A stretch of 32,000 nt of DNA from Pseudomonas aeruginosa (GCF_001457615.1 NZ_LN831024.1:1620001-1652000); one strand, 5' to 3'. Counted from the stretch's first letter, positions 1 through 11,681 are shown. Numbers and translations: made by a program. The notes: generated by a model from the sequence alone, not told the origin.

Positions 1-1174
1 CGTCGTCGGCGCCATCCACCTTCGGATACCAGTGGTAGCCGGCGAACAGCTCGTCGGCGCCCTGGCCGCTCTGCACCACCTTGCAGTGCTTCGAGACTTC
101 CCGCGCGAGCAGGTAGAAGGCGATGCAGTCGTGGCTGACCATCGGCTCGCTCATGGCGCGGAAGGCCGCCGGCAACTGCTCGATCACTTCGTGCTCGCCG
201 ATGCGCAGGCGATGGTGGCGGGTGTGATAGCGCTCGGCGATCAGGTCGGAATACTGGAACTCGTCGCCGCGCTCGCCGCCGGCATCCTCGAAGCCGATGG
301 AGAAGGTCAGCAGGTTGTCCACCCCGGCTTCGTGCAGCAGGCCCACCAGCAGGCTCGAATCGACCCCGCCGGAGAGCAGCACGCCGACCTCGCGGGCGGC
401 GCGCTGGCGGATCGCCACCGCTTCGCGGAGGCCGTCGAGGACGCGCTCCTGCCAGTCGTCGAGCGTCAGCTCGCGCTCGTCCGGGCGTGGGCCGTAGTCC
501 AGCGTCCACCAGGTGCGCTGCTCGCAGCTGCCGTCGAGGTCGACGCTCATCCAGGTCGCCGGCGGCAGCTTCTTCACGCCCTCCAGCAAGGTGTGCGGGG
601 CGGGAACCACGGCGTGGAAGTTGAGGTAGAAATTCAGCGCCTGCGGATCGAGGTCGCTGGCGATGTCGCCGCCCTTGAGCAGGGCCGGCAGGCTCGAGGC
701 GAAGCGTAGGCGCGAGCGGTCGAGGCTGTAGTAGAGCGGCTTGATGCCGAGTCGGTCACGGGCCAGGAACAGCCGCTGGCGATCGCGCTCCCAGACGGCG
801 AAGGCGAACATCCCATTGAGCCGGGGCAATAAATCGGCGCCCCAGGCATGGTACCCCTTCAAGAGAACTTCGGTGTCGCCGCCGGAGAAGAACCGATAGC
901 CAAGGCTTTCCAGTTCGCCACGCAGTTCGGGGTAGTTGTAGATGGCGCCATTGAACACCATGGCCAGGCCGAGATCGGGATCGATCATCGGTTGGCCGGA
1001 AGCTTCCGCCAGGTCCATGATCTTCAGCCGTCGATGTCCGAGGGCGATCGGACCCTGGGCGTGGAAGCCCCAGGCGTCGGGGCCGCGAGGGGCCAGGTGG
1101 TGGGTGATGCGTTCGACCGCTGCGAGGTCGGCTGCCTGGTTGTCGAAACGAAACTCTCCTGATATGCCGCACAT
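1..1174 (-). CDS. Class II glutamine amidotransferase / asparagine synthase-like protein, C-terminus cut off by window edge
   Basis: Minus-strand reading starts ATG TGC GGC ATA TCA GGA GAG (MCGISGEFRFD, catalytic N-terminal Cys of Ntn amidotransferases) at 1174; the same frame near the left edge reads GADELFAGYHWYPKVDG, an asparagine synthase ATP-binding domain-type motif. The ORF is absent from the track because it has no stop inside the window. Confidence 0.9.
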   Translation of the reverse strand, partial: MCGISGEFRFDNQAADLAAVERITHHLAPRGPDAWGFHAQGPIALGHRRLKIMDLAEASGQPMIDPDLGLAMVFNGAIYNYPELRGELESLGYRFFSGGDTEVLLKGYHAWGADLLPRLNGMFAFAVWERDRQRLFLARDRLGIKPLYYSLDRSRLRFASSLPALLKGGDIASDLDPQALNFYLNFHAVVPAPHTLLEGVKKLPPATWMSVDLDGSCEQRTWWTLDYGPRPDERELTLDDWQERVLDGLREAVAIRQRAAREVGVLLSGGVDSSLLVGLLHEAGVDNLLTFSIGFEDAGGERGDEFQYSDLIAERYHTRHHRLRIGEHEVIEQLPAAFRAMSEPMVSHDCIAFYLLAREVSKHCKVVQSGQGADELFAGYHWYPKVDGADD

Positions 1175-1316
1175 ATTCCTTACCGGTTCTCCGTTGGGGA
1201 AGTGGGTTGCGTACCCCTTCCGGGTACATGACTTACCTAACAGAGGACCGTTACAGTTGGAAGGAGTTCTATACGAATTTTCCGGGCCTATCAGGACCCT
1301 TAACGAAGAATTTATT

Positions 1317-1790
1317 ATGGTTGAAAGTAATAAGACCGCTGCCGATACCTATTCGCTCGCTATTTTCCGCGCCATCCGCCGTCTCCAGCAGGCCGCCGAA
1401 ATCCACTCCAAGCGTCTCAGCCGATACGGTGGCCTGACCCCGCTGCAATTGCTGATCCTGCATGTCCTGGCGGTGGAGGGAGAACTGACCGCGACGCAAC
1501 TGGCCAAGCTGGTCAGCCTGTCCCAGGCATCGCTCTCCGGCGTGCTCGACCGCCTCGAAGGACGCGGCCTGCTCTATCGTCGGCGCGACGAACAGGACCG
1601 GCGCAAGTCCTGGCTGCACCTCGACCCGGCCGGCCACGAAGCCCTGGCGGAGGCGCCGCCGCTATTGCCGGAGTACGTGATCGAGCGCTTCGCCGCGTTG
1701 CCCGAGTGGGAGCGCCACGGCTTGCTGGCCGCGCTGCTGCGCGCGGCCGACCTGTTCGGCTTGCCGGAAGAGGACGTCGAAGAAGAGTGA
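1317..1790 (+). CDS. MarR-family transcriptional regulator
   Basis: Internal start MVESNKTAADTYSLAIFRAIRRLQQAAEIHSKRLSRYGGLTPLQLLILHVLAVEGELTATQLAKLVSLSQASLSGVLDRLEGRGLLYRRRDEQDRRKSWLHLDPAG: winged helix plus DxRRK wing typical of MarR. The longer ORF start at 942 would overlap the divergent gene. Confidence 0.88.
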   Translation: MVESNKTAADTYSLAIFRAIRRLQQAAEIHSKRLSRYGGLTPLQLLILHVLAVEGELTATQLAKLVSLSQASLSGVLDRLEGRGLLYRRRDEQDRRKSWLHLDPAGHEALAEAPPLLPEYVIERFAALPEWERHGLLAALLRAADLFGLPEEDVEEE

Positions 1791-1944
1791 GGGCGCCAGG
1801 TTCGCTACGAAAGACAGTCGCGTCGGCGGTCTTTACCTGGCGAACCTGCCGATGCCTGGTGGACAAGCGCGTTGTACGCCATGGCGTGACCTCCGCGTAG
1901 GGCGCATAACGCCGCTTCCCCGGTGCCCCGGCCGCCGAGGAAAG

Positions 1945-2697
1945 CTACCCGCCGTAGAGCTTCTGCGCCGCCAGGGAGAAGCTCACCGCCACCAGCATCA
2001 GCGCGAACAGGCGTTGCAGGGTCGGGCCGCCGAGGCGCTGCGCCAGCAGGTTGCCGCCGAGCACGCCGACCGCGCCGCCGGCGGCGAGGCCGCCGAGCAG
2101 CGGCAGCGGCGGGTGGGCGCCGGTCAGGTAGATCAGGAAGCCGCCGCCGGAGACCAGCGCGATCACCGCCATCGAGGTGGCGGTGGCGGCCATCATCGAC
2201 AGCGGGGTGAACCAGAGTAGCCCCGGCACCACCAGGAAGCCGCCGCCCACGCCCATCAATCCCGACAGCAAGCCGACCGCCAGGCCGATGCCGAGCAGCG
2301 GCAGGCTCCGTGCCTGGTCGCTGGCCTCGCGTTTCATCCCGGCGCCGCGCCACATGCGCCAGGCCGACCAGAGCACCAGCAGGCAGAAGGCGACGATCAG
2401 CACGCCTTCCGGGACGAAGCGGCCGAGCCATTGGCCGACGGCGTTGCTCGGCAGGCCGGCCAGCGCCAGGACCAGCACCGGCCGCCAGGCCACCTGGCCC
2501 TGGCGCGCGCGCGGAATGGCGCCAATCAGCGCCGACAGGGCGACCGCGCCGAGGCTCACGCCGATGGCGTCGCGCAGCGGCAGGTGCAGGCTGAGCAGCA
2601 GGGGCAGGGCGACCAGCGAGCCGCCGGCGCCGGTGAGGCCGAGCAGCAGGCCGAGAACGGCGCCGATGCCCAGGGATTCGAAGAGCAGTACATCCAT
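1945..2697 (-). CDS. TauE/SafE (TSUP) family membrane transporter
   Basis: 250 aa polytopic protein MDVLLFESLGIGAVLGLLLGLTGAGGSLVALPLLL... with repeated GLLSGLMGVGGGFLVVPGL motif typical of the family. Confidence 0.88.
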   Translation of the reverse strand: MDVLLFESLGIGAVLGLLLGLTGAGGSLVALPLLLSLHLPLRDAIGVSLGAVALSALIGAIPRARQGQVAWRPVLVLALAGLPSNAVGQWLGRFVPEGVLIVAFCLLVLWSAWRMWRGAGMKREASDQARSLPLLGIGLAVGLLSGLMGVGGGFLVVPGLLWFTPLSMMAATATSMAVIALVSGGGFLIYLTGAHPPLPLLGGLAAGGAVGVLGGNLLAQRLGGPTLQRLFALMLVAVSFSLAAQKLYGG

Positions 2698-2797
2698 CGT
2701 CGATCAACTATTTCCGCGGGTGAGCCAGCCGGTGGTCCGGTATGGCCTGCGCGTGCGGCAGGCCCGAAGGTTAGCGCAAATCGGTGCGCCCGGGGCT

Positions 2798-4762
2798 TCA
2801 GCCGCGCTGCCCGCGCACCAGGTCGCGCAGCAGGAAGCGGTTCGGGTGGCAGGCCTCGGCCACCGCGCGCGGCAGCGGCAGCGGCTCGCCGCAGATCCAC
2901 GCCGCCAGCAGTTCGCCGGACAGCGGCGCACTGATCAGCCCGCGCGAGCCGTGGCCGCTGTTCAGGTACAGGCCTGGCAGCCAGGGGCAGGCACGCTCCG
3001 GCACCTGGCGGGCGTCGCGGGCGAGCACCGTGTAGGCCTCGTCGAAGGCCGCGCGCTCGGCCAGCGGGCCTACCAGGGGCAGGTAGTCGGGGCTGGTGCA
3101 GCGGAATGCCGCGCGGCCTTCCAGGCGCTCCAGCGGCAGGTCGTCGGCGCCCAGGCGCTGCAACAGGTCGGGGGATATTTCCCGCAGCAGTTCGAGGTTG
3201 CCCTGGTGTTCGGCGAGGGTCGGCGCCAGGTCTTCGCTCTTGAAGTCGAAGCTGGCGCCGAGGGTGTGTTCGTCGCCACGCGGCGGTGCGACGTAGCCCT
3301 CGGCGCAGACCACGGTGCGCAGCGCCCGGCTTTGCGGGGTGGCCGGCAGGCGGGTGACCTGCCCGCGAATGCGCTTCAGCGGCAGCTCGGCGGCGGGCGG
3401 GAAGTCGCGGATGTCGGCGGCGGTGGCGAGGATCGCGAGTGGCGCGCGGGCCAGGCATTCGTCGTCGGCGTAGGCGCACCAGTCGTCGCCCTCGCGGCGC
3501 AAGCGTACTGCCCGGCCGCTCAGCAGGGTGATCCCGGGGGTGGCGGCCAGGGCCTGGCACAGCGCGGGCGGATGGACCCAGCCGGCTTCGGGATAGAACA
3601 GGCCGCCGGCGGGCAGGGCGACGCCGGCGCGGCGCTCGGCCTGCCCGCGCTCCAGGCCGTGCAGCAGGTCGGCGGGGAAGGCTGCGGCCAGTTGCGCCTG
3701 GCGTTGCGCTTCCTTGGCGTCGAAGGCCAGTTGCAGTACGCCGCAGGCGTCCCAGTCGTGGCCGCGCCGCAGGCGTTCGAGCAGCCGGCGGGTATGGCCG
3801 AAGCCGCTGAGCACCAGGCGCGACAGCGGCGTGCCGTGGGCCGAGAGTTTCAGGTAGAGCACGCCCTGGGGGTTGCCCGAGGCTTCCCGGGCGAGGCCGG
3901 GATGGCGTTCGATCAGGGTCACCTGCCAGCCGCGCGCGGCGAGGCTGGCGGCGCTGGCGCAGCCGGCCAGGCCGCCGCCGACCACCAGTGCCGCGCGGCG
4001 CCCGGCGTGGGGCGCGGGGCGTGCGTACCAGGGCTTGCCGGCGTTCGCCGGCGGCCCCTGGTAGGTGCCGCTGAGCATCTCGCGCTTCTGTCCGTAGCCC
4101 GGTACCCGTTGCATGGCGAAACCGGCCTCGATCAGCCCTCGGCGAACGAAACCGGCGCTGGTGAAAGTGCCCAGGGTCGCCTGCGGCGCCGACAGTCGCG
4201 CCAGTTCGGCGAACAGTACGGGCGACCACATGTCCGGGTTCTTCGCCGGGGCGAAGCCATCGAGGAACCAGGCGTCGACCCGCGCGTCGAGCTGCGGCAG
4301 GCACTCCAGGGCATCGCCCAGCAGCAGGGTCAGGCCGACCCTTCCGCCCGCGAACGCCAGGCGCTGGAAGCCCGGGTGCACGGCAAGGTACTGGCCCAGC
4401 AGGGCCTCGCTCCAGGGCGCCAGTTCCGGCCATAGCGCCAGGGCGCGGCGCAGGTCGGCGGCGGCGAGGGGGAATTTCTCCACGCTGACGAACTCCAGGC
4501 GCGCGCCGGCCGGCGCGACCCGCTCGAACAGCTGCCAGGCGCAGAGGAAGTTCAGTCCGGTGCCGAAGCCGGTCTCCCCGATGCACAGCACCTCGCCGTC
4601 GCCCAGCGCGGCGAAGCGCTCGGCCAGGCGGTTGGTGGCGAGGAACACATGGCGCGTCTCGTTGAGCCCGGAATGCCGGGAAAAATATACGTCGCCGAAG
4701 GCGCGGGATAGCGGCTGGCCGTTTTCGTCCCAGTCGAGCTGGGCATGCTGGAAGTCGGACAT
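2798..4762 (-). CDS. mnmC: Bifunctional tRNA (mnm5s2U34) biosynthesis protein MnmC (methyltransferase + FAD oxidoreductase)
   Basis: 654 aa; N-terminal FGDVYFSRHSGLNETRHVFLATNRLAERFA and GETGFGTGLNFLCAWQLF SAM motif; C-terminal AALVVGGGLAGCASAASLAARGWQVTLIERH FAD-binding motif. Confidence 0.95.
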   Translation of the reverse strand: MSDFQHAQLDWDENGQPLSRAFGDVYFSRHSGLNETRHVFLATNRLAERFAALGDGEVLCIGETGFGTGLNFLCAWQLFERVAPAGARLEFVSVEKFPLAAADLRRALALWPELAPWSEALLGQYLAVHPGFQRLAFAGGRVGLTLLLGDALECLPQLDARVDAWFLDGFAPAKNPDMWSPVLFAELARLSAPQATLGTFTSAGFVRRGLIEAGFAMQRVPGYGQKREMLSGTYQGPPANAGKPWYARPAPHAGRRAALVVGGGLAGCASAASLAARGWQVTLIERHPGLAREASGNPQGVLYLKLSAHGTPLSRLVLSGFGHTRRLLERLRRGHDWDACGVLQLAFDAKEAQRQAQLAAAFPADLLHGLERGQAERRAGVALPAGGLFYPEAGWVHPPALCQALAATPGITLLSGRAVRLRREGDDWCAYADDECLARAPLAILATAADIRDFPPAAELPLKRIRGQVTRLPATPQSRALRTVVCAEGYVAPPRGDEHTLGASFDFKSEDLAPTLAEHQGNLELLREISPDLLQRLGADDLPLERLEGRAAFRCTSPDYLPLVGPLAERAAFDEAYTVLARDARQVPERACPWLPGLYLNSGHGSRGLISAPLSGELLAAWICGEPLPLPRAVAEACHPNRFLLRDLVRGQRG

Positions 4763-4905
4763 GGCAGAACCTGAAAAAGCGGATGGCGCATTTTACGGGG
4801 CTTTGCCGGCCAGCGGCGAGGCGCTGCGCGAACATGCCGCGGCGCCGCGCAGACAGCCGCACGCCGATCCGCTACCTTGAAGGACTCAGGTTAAGGGAGA
4901 CCTCC

Positions 4906-6396
<1,491 letters not shown>

Positions 6397-6548
6397 GGCC
6401 CGCCGGAATGCGGCGCCGTCCTCTCCAGGGGATGGCGACGCATACGGCGGATGAATGATCGGTGCCTCGCGCGATTGCCTCGCCTTATCCTCGCTCGATC
6501 CGGCCGCTGCCCCGGCGGCCGACCGACAATAACAGCGAGGGTACCCCC

Positions 6549-7733
6549 ATGCGTGAAGTGGTGATCGTCGACAGCGTCCGGACCGGCCTGGCCAAGTCCT
6601 TCCGCGGCAAGTTCAACCTGACCCGGCCGGACGACATGGCCGCCCACTGCGTCGACGCGCTGCTGGCGCGCAACGACCTCGACCCGCTGCTGGTGGATGA
6701 CTGCATCGTTGGCGCCGGCTCCAACGAAGGCGCCCAGGGCCACAACATCGGGCGCAACGTGGCGGTGCTCTCCGGCCTCGGCATCCAGGTGCCGGGGATG
6801 ACCCTCAACCGCTACTGTTCCTCCGGCCTGCAGGCGATCGCCATCGCCGCCAACCAGATCGCTTCCGGTTGCAGCGAGGTGATCGTCGCCGGCGGCGTCG
6901 AGTCGATCACCCTGACCCTGAAGAGCGTCAACACCGACCACCTGGTGAACCCGCTGCTGCAAAGGGAGGTGCCGGGCATCTACTACCCCATGGGGCAGAC
7001 CGCCGAGATCGTCGCCCGTCGCTACGGCATCACCCGCGAGGCCCAGGACGCCTACGCCCTGCAGAGCCAGCAGCGGATGGCGCGAGCCCAGGCGGACGGG
7101 CTGTTCGCCGACGAGATCGTGCCGATGACCACCCGCTACGCGGTGGAGGACAAGGCCAGCGGCGAGAAGCAGGTGCTCGACGGAGTGGTCGACCGCGACG
7201 ACTGCAACCGCCCGGACACCACCCTCGAAGGCCTGGCCTCGCTGAAGCCGGCGTTCGCCGAGGACGGTTCGGTCACCGCCGGCAACGCCTCGCAACTCTC
7301 CGACGGCGCCTCGATGACCCTGCTGATGAGCCTGGAGAAAGCGCTGGCGCTGGGCCTGGAGCCGAAGGCCTTCTTCCGTGGCTTCACCGTGGCCGGCTGC
7401 GAGCCGGACGAAATGGGCATCGGTCCGGTGTTCTCGGTGCCGAAGCTGCTCAAGGCGAAGGGGCTGAAGATCGCCGACGTCGATCTCTGGGAACTCAACG
7501 AAGCCTTCGCCTCGCAGTGCCTGTACTGCCGCGACCGGCTGGAGATCGACAACGAGAAGTACAACGTCAATGGCGGCTCCATCGCCATCGGCCACCCGTT
7601 CGGCATGACCGGCTCGCGCCAGGTCGGTCATCTGGTCCGCGAACTGCGCCGGCGCAACCTGCGCTACGGCGTGGTGACCATGTGCGTCGGCGGCGGCATG
7701 GGCGCCAGCGGGCTGTTCGAAGCCGTACGCTGA
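6549..7733 (+). CDS. Thiolase (acetyl-CoA acetyltransferase family)
   Basis: MREVVIVDSVRTGLAKSFRGKFNLTRPDDMAAHCVDALL...; active-site LNRYCSSGLQAI, NGGSIAIGHPFGMTGSR and CVGGGMGASGLFE. Confidence 0.93.
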   Translation: MREVVIVDSVRTGLAKSFRGKFNLTRPDDMAAHCVDALLARNDLDPLLVDDCIVGAGSNEGAQGHNIGRNVAVLSGLGIQVPGMTLNRYCSSGLQAIAIAANQIASGCSEVIVAGGVESITLTLKSVNTDHLVNPLLQREVPGIYYPMGQTAEIVARRYGITREAQDAYALQSQQRMARAQADGLFADEIVPMTTRYAVEDKASGEKQVLDGVVDRDDCNRPDTTLEGLASLKPAFAEDGSVTAGNASQLSDGASMTLLMSLEKALALGLEPKAFFRGFTVAGCEPDEMGIGPVFSVPKLLKAKGLKIADVDLWELNEAFASQCLYCRDRLEIDNEKYNVNGGSIAIGHPFGMTGSRQVGHLVRELRRRNLRYGVVTMCVGGGMGASGLFEAVR

Positions 7734-7861
7734 GCCCGTGCGCGACGGCGGGCCCCGCAGGTCGGGGCTCGCCTCATGGGTTTTATTTACATGACGCTCC
7801 GTGCCATCCCCGGCGACTCGCGCTAGGCTAGGCGCCTTTTTCCTTGCATAGGGATGTAGCG

Positions 7862-8527
7862 ATGTCCACCGAGCCCAACTCGCCGTTCGTCGACGACCCG
7901 CTGAGCGCCGTCGATGCACGGATTCTCGGCAGCCTCGTCGAGAAGCAGGCGACCACCCCGGAAACCTATCCGCTGACCCTCAATGCCCTGGTCCTCGCCT
8001 GCAACCAGAAGACCAGCCGCGATCCGGTGATGAACCTCACGCCCGGCCAGGTCGGCCAGAGCCTGCGCCAGCTCGAGGGGCGCGGCCTGGTCAGGCTGGT
8101 GATGGGCAGCCGCGCCGACCGCTGGGAGCACACCCTGGGCAAGGGCCTGGAATTGGTGGCGCCACAGGTGGCGCTGCTCGGCCTGCTGTTCCTGCGTGGT
8201 CCGCAGACCCTCAACGAACTGCTCACCCGCAGCAACCGCCTGCACGATTTCGACGACGTCGAGCAGATCCGCCACCACCTGGAACGCCTCGCCGGCCGTG
8301 GCCTGGCCGTGCACCTGGAGCGTCGCGCCGGGCAGCGCGAGGAGCGCTACATGCACCTGCTCGGCAGCCAGGCCGACCTCGAGGCCGCCGTGGAGGCGAT
8401 GGGCAGCGACCCGGAACGCGCCGCGCCGACCGCTCTGTCGGCCGATGCGGAAGCGCGGATCGCCGAGCTGGAGACGCGCCTGGCGGCGCTGGAGGAGCGC
8501 CTGGCCAGGCTCGAAGGAGGGGCGTGA
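7862..8527 (+). CDS. YceH/DUF480 family protein
   Basis: [44 protein letters not shown] is characteristic of the family; start taken at 7862 ([15 protein letters not shown]). Confidence 0.88.
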   Translation: MSTEPNSPFVDDPLSAVDARILGSLVEKQATTPETYPLTLNALVLACNQKTSRDPVMNLTPGQVGQSLRQLEGRGLVRLVMGSRADRWEHTLGKGLELVAPQVALLGLLFLRGPQTLNELLTRSNRLHDFDDVEQIRHHLERLAGRGLAVHLERRAGQREERYMHLLGSQADLEAAVEAMGSDPERAAPTALSADAEARIAELETRLAALEERLARLEGGA

Positions 8528-8564
8528 TATCGGGGGAGGGCGCAATCGGTGACATGCAGGTTCC

Positions 8565-8667
8565 GGCGGATAACCGCGAGCGGTTGTTCGCCCTACGGCC
8601 CACAGTGACTTTGTGGGCGGCGCTGCCTGTCGGGTAGGGCGGATAACGCCAGCGGCGTTATCCGCCG
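8565..8667. repeat. REP-like palindromic element pair (locus A)
   Basis: ggcggataaccgcgagcggttgttcgccctac (8565-8596) followed by gtagggcggataacgccagcggcgttatccgcc (8634-8667); same consensus as elements at 19485 and 23446-23666; in a convergent intergenic gap. Confidence 0.85.
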
Positions 8668-8698
8668 ATGCGTCGCCCCGCAAGGCGAACGCCAACCC

Positions 8699-8726
8699 AA
8701 AAAAGCCCGGCTATTGCCGGGCTTTT
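8699..8726 (-). terminator. Rho-independent terminator, likely serving mqo (bidirectional in form)
   Basis: aaaaaagcccggctattgccgggctttttc: GCCCGG stem with tetraloop-like TATT-containing loop, flanked by A and T tracts. Confidence 0.85.
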
Positions 8727-8750
8727 TCATGCGCGCGCGTCGGTGGCCGA

Positions 8751-10322
8751 TCAGGCCTCCGGCTGTACCGGCACGTGGATCAGTTGCAGGCGCTCGCTGC
8801 TCCAGGCACGGGTGCTGTTGGTCAGCTCGATGTCGTTGTTCAGCTTGCGCCCGTAAGACGGCACGATTTCCTTCAGGCGTGCCTGCCACTCGGGGGTAGC
8901 GACCTTGTCCTTGAAGGCCTTCTCCAGCACCGACAGCATGATCGGCGCGGCGGTCGAGGCGCCCGGCGAGGCGCCGAGCAGGGCGGCGACGGAGCCGTCG
9001 GCGGCGGTCACCACTTCGGTGCCGAATTGCAGTACGCCGCCTTTCTCGGCGTCCTTCTTGATGATCTGCACGCGCTGGCCGGCCTGCACCAGCTTCCAGT
9101 CCTCGTCGCGGGCTTCCGGGAAGTACTCGCGCAGCGAGGCCATGCGGTCGTCCTGGCTGAGCATCAGCTGGCCGATCAGGTACTGGCTGAGATCGAAGTT
9201 GTCGATGCCGGCGTTGAACATCGGGCCGATGTTGCCGCTGGTCACCGAGCCCGGCAGGTCCCACAGCGAGCCGTTCTTCAGGAACTTGGTGGAGAAGGTG
9301 GCGAACGGACCGAACAGCAGAACCGGCTTGCCGTCGATCATGCGGGTGTCGAGGTGCGGCACCGACATCGGCGGCGAACCCACCGAAGCCTTGCCGTAGA
9401 CCTTGGCCAGGTGGCGCTTGACCACGTCCGGGTTGGTGGTGGCGAGGAACGAACCGCCCACCGGGAAGCCGGCGTAGCCTTCGGCCTCGGGGATGCCGGA
9501 CATCTGCAGCAGCTTCAGCGCGCCGCCGCCGGCGCCGATGAAGACGAACCTGGCCTTGACGCTGGTTTCCTTGTCGCCATTGGCCAGGTCGGCCATGGTC
9601 ACGGTCCAGGTGTTGTCGTCGTTGCGCTTGAGGTCGCGGACCTCATGTTGCAGGCGCAGCTTGAAGGTGTCCTTGGCCGACAGCGAGCCCACCAGTTGGC
9701 GAGTGATCTCGCCGAAGTTGACGTCGGTGCCGATCGACATGCGCGTGGCGGCGATCTTCTGCCCCGGCTCGCGGCCTTCCATCACCAGCGGCACCCACTG
9801 CTTGATCTGCTCGGGGTCTTCCGAGTACTCCATGCCGCGGAACAGCGAGCTGTGCTGCAGGGCGGCGTGGCGCTTCTTGAGGAAGGCGACGTTGTCGTCG
9901 CCCCAGACGAAGCTCATGTGCGGGACGTTGTTGATGAACGACTTCGGATCGTTCAGCACCTTGCGGTCGACCTGGTAGGCCCAGAACTGCTTGGAGATCT
10001 CGAAGTTCTCGTTGATCGCCACCGCCTTGCTGATATCCATCGAGCCGTCCGCGGCCTCGCTGGTGTAGTTCAGTTCGCAGAACGCCGAGTGACCGGTGCC
10101 CGCGTTGTTCCAGCCGTTGGAGCTTTCTTCGGCGACCTTGTCCAGGCGCTCGACCATCTCGATGGTCCAGCCTGGTTCCAGTTCGTTCAGATAGGTACCC
10201 AGGGTGGCGCTCATGATGCCGCCACCGATCAGGAGCACGTCGACCGGTTTTTCCGATTCGACGCTGTTTTTGGAGCAACCCAGCACGCTGACGCACAAAA
10301 GCATCAATAAGATTTTTTTCAT
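8751..10322 (-). CDS. mqo: Malate:quinone oxidoreductase with an N-terminal lipoprotein-like signal
   Basis: 523 aa; [65 protein letters not shown] is typical MQO; [20 protein letters not shown] precedes it. Confidence 0.96.
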   Translation of the reverse strand: MKKILLMLLCVSVLGCSKNSVESEKPVDVLLIGGGIMSATLGTYLNELEPGWTIEMVERLDKVAEESSNGWNNAGTGHSAFCELNYTSEAADGSMDISKAVAINENFEISKQFWAYQVDRKVLNDPKSFINNVPHMSFVWGDDNVAFLKKRHAALQHSSLFRGMEYSEDPEQIKQWVPLVMEGREPGQKIAATRMSIGTDVNFGEITRQLVGSLSAKDTFKLRLQHEVRDLKRNDDNTWTVTMADLANGDKETSVKARFVFIGAGGGALKLLQMSGIPEAEGYAGFPVGGSFLATTNPDVVKRHLAKVYGKASVGSPPMSVPHLDTRMIDGKPVLLFGPFATFSTKFLKNGSLWDLPGSVTSGNIGPMFNAGIDNFDLSQYLIGQLMLSQDDRMASLREYFPEARDEDWKLVQAGQRVQIIKKDAEKGGVLQFGTEVVTAADGSVAALLGASPGASTAAPIMLSVLEKAFKDKVATPEWQARLKEIVPSYGRKLNNDIELTNSTRAWSSERLQLIHVPVQPEA

Positions 10323-10411
10323 GGATTTACCGCTAGAAAACGTGGAGAAGCGTGGATACGCACGACATGGCAGGTATTCACCGGGTGAATGATACTGGAA
10401 CTCACCCCCGA

Positions 10412-10427
10412 TGTGAGTGCGTTCACA
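10412..10427. promoter_or_regulatory. Candidate CRP/Vfr-family binding site upstream of mqo
   Basis: TGTGAgtgcgtTCACA (within ATGTGAGTGCGTTCACAT, 10411-10428), perfect TGTGA-N6-TCACA; about 90 bp upstream of the mqo start. Confidence 0.55.
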
Positions 10428-10524
10428 TGCGGTGACATTTGCCTCGGCGTTCCGCCGAGAATACCTGCCTTCCCTTTCTTGAACGTTTCAGCCGCCGGGA
10501 AATAAATTCAGCGCCTGTATCGTT

Positions 10525-10734
10525 TCAGCGGGAACCCGGCGCGTGGATTTCCGCCGATTGGCGCATCCTGCGGATATACGCGTCGATTTCCCGCTCCGCG
10601 TCGAAACGGGTGAAATAGGGACCTTCCAGGGTCCCTTCGCGGGTGGAGAAGAAGTACTGCCCATTCACCGAACTTATGCGATCGCTGCGAAAGCGGGTGG
10701 CCGGGGTGGGATCGGTGGAACGTTTCCCCAACAT
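10525..10734 (-). CDS. Small conserved hypothetical protein (69 aa)
   Basis: Frame of ORF 10525..11247 with internal start MLGKRSTDPTPATRFRSDRISSVNGQYFFSTREGTLEGPYFTRFDAEREIDAYIRRMRQ; the longer start would run through lsfA. Confidence 0.75.
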   Translation of the reverse strand: MLGKRSTDPTPATRFRSDRISSVNGQYFFSTREGTLEGPYFTRFDAEREIDAYIRRMRQSAEIHAPGSR

Positions 10735-10939
10735 GACGGCGACTCCTGGATAGCGGGCCAAGGTGTTTTCAGTGTAGGCGGGGGTTGGCCGGGCGGCAGG
10801 CCGGCGGACGAAAGGAGACGGATTTCCAGGCGAAGGGTTGGGTATTCTATTTTTTGTTATAAGAAAATCTGAATTTATTCTTTTTAACGTCAGCCGGCCT
10901 TGGGCATAGTGGGCTCCAACACGAACAAGGAGTGACCCC

Positions 10940-11578
10940 ATGAGCCTCAGACTCGGCGACATCGCCCCCGATTTCGAACAGGACTCCAGCGAAGGGCGCA
11001 TCCGCCTCCACGAGTGGCTGGGCGACAGCTGGGGCGTGCTGTTCTCCCACCCCGCCGACTTCACCCCGGTGTGCACCACCGAGCTGGGTTTCACCGCCAA
11101 GCTCAAGGACCAGTTCGCCCAGCGCGGGGTCAAGGTCCTGGCGCTGTCGGTGGATCCGGTGGAGTCGCACCTGAAGTGGATCGACGATATCAACGAGACC
11201 CAGGACACCCGGGTCAATTTCCCGATCATCGCCGACGCCGACCGCAAGGTTTCCGAACTCTACGACCTGATCCACCCGAACGCCAACGACACGCTGACCG
11301 TGCGTTCGCTGTTCATCATCGACCCGAACAAGAAGGTGCGCCTGATCATCACCTACCCGGCGAGCACCGGGCGCAACTTCAACGAGATCCTCCGGGTGAT
11401 CGATTCGCTGCAACTGACCGACGAGCACAAGGTCGCCACGCCGGCCAACTGGGAGGACGGCGACGAGGTAGTGATCGTGCCTTCGCTGAAGGACGAGGAA
11501 GAGATCAAGCGGCGTTTCCCCAAAGGCTACCGCGCGGTGAAGCCCTACCTGCGCCTGACGCCCCAGCCCAACCGCTGA
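10940..11578 (+). CDS. lsfA: 1-Cys peroxiredoxin LsfA
   Basis: MSLRLGDIAPDFEQDSSEGRIRLHEWLGDSWGVLFSHPADFTPVCTTELGF: 1-Cys peroxiredoxin signature; position beside sulfonate genes matches lsfA of Pseudomonas. Confidence 0.93.
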   Translation: MSLRLGDIAPDFEQDSSEGRIRLHEWLGDSWGVLFSHPADFTPVCTTELGFTAKLKDQFAQRGVKVLALSVDPVESHLKWIDDINETQDTRVNFPIIADADRKVSELYDLIHPNANDTLTVRSLFIIDPNKKVRLIITYPASTGRNFNEILRVIDSLQLTDEHKVATPANWEDGDEVVIVPSLKDEEEIKRRFPKGYRAVKPYLRLTPQPNR

Positions 11579-11588
11579 GGCCGGATTC

Positions 11589-11628
11589 GTCCCGCCTGCA
11601 TGGGCAGGCACGGCAGGCGGGACCTTTT
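11589..11628 (+). terminator. Rho-independent terminator of lsfA
   Basis: gtcccgcctgc (11589-11599) pairs with gcaggcgggac (11613-11623), followed by cttttatt. Confidence 0.85.
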
Positions 11629-11681
11629 ATTCGACGGTGCGTGCCGTCATGCAACGCTGTTTAGCCACGAGCAGGGTTTTT

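Noticed and set aside
2177-4862. Very long overlapping ORFs (2177..4435 + 752 aa; 2556..4862 - 768 aa) over mnmC and the TauE-like gene.
   Set aside because: Low-complexity R/A/P/G/Q-rich translations with no domain motifs; they shadow clear genes in another frame, as expected in GC-rich DNA.
7740-7775. ggcgggccccgcaggtcggggctcgcc after the thiolase as a terminator.
   Set aside because: The stem has mismatches and only a short T run (gggtttt) separated from it; not strong enough to list.
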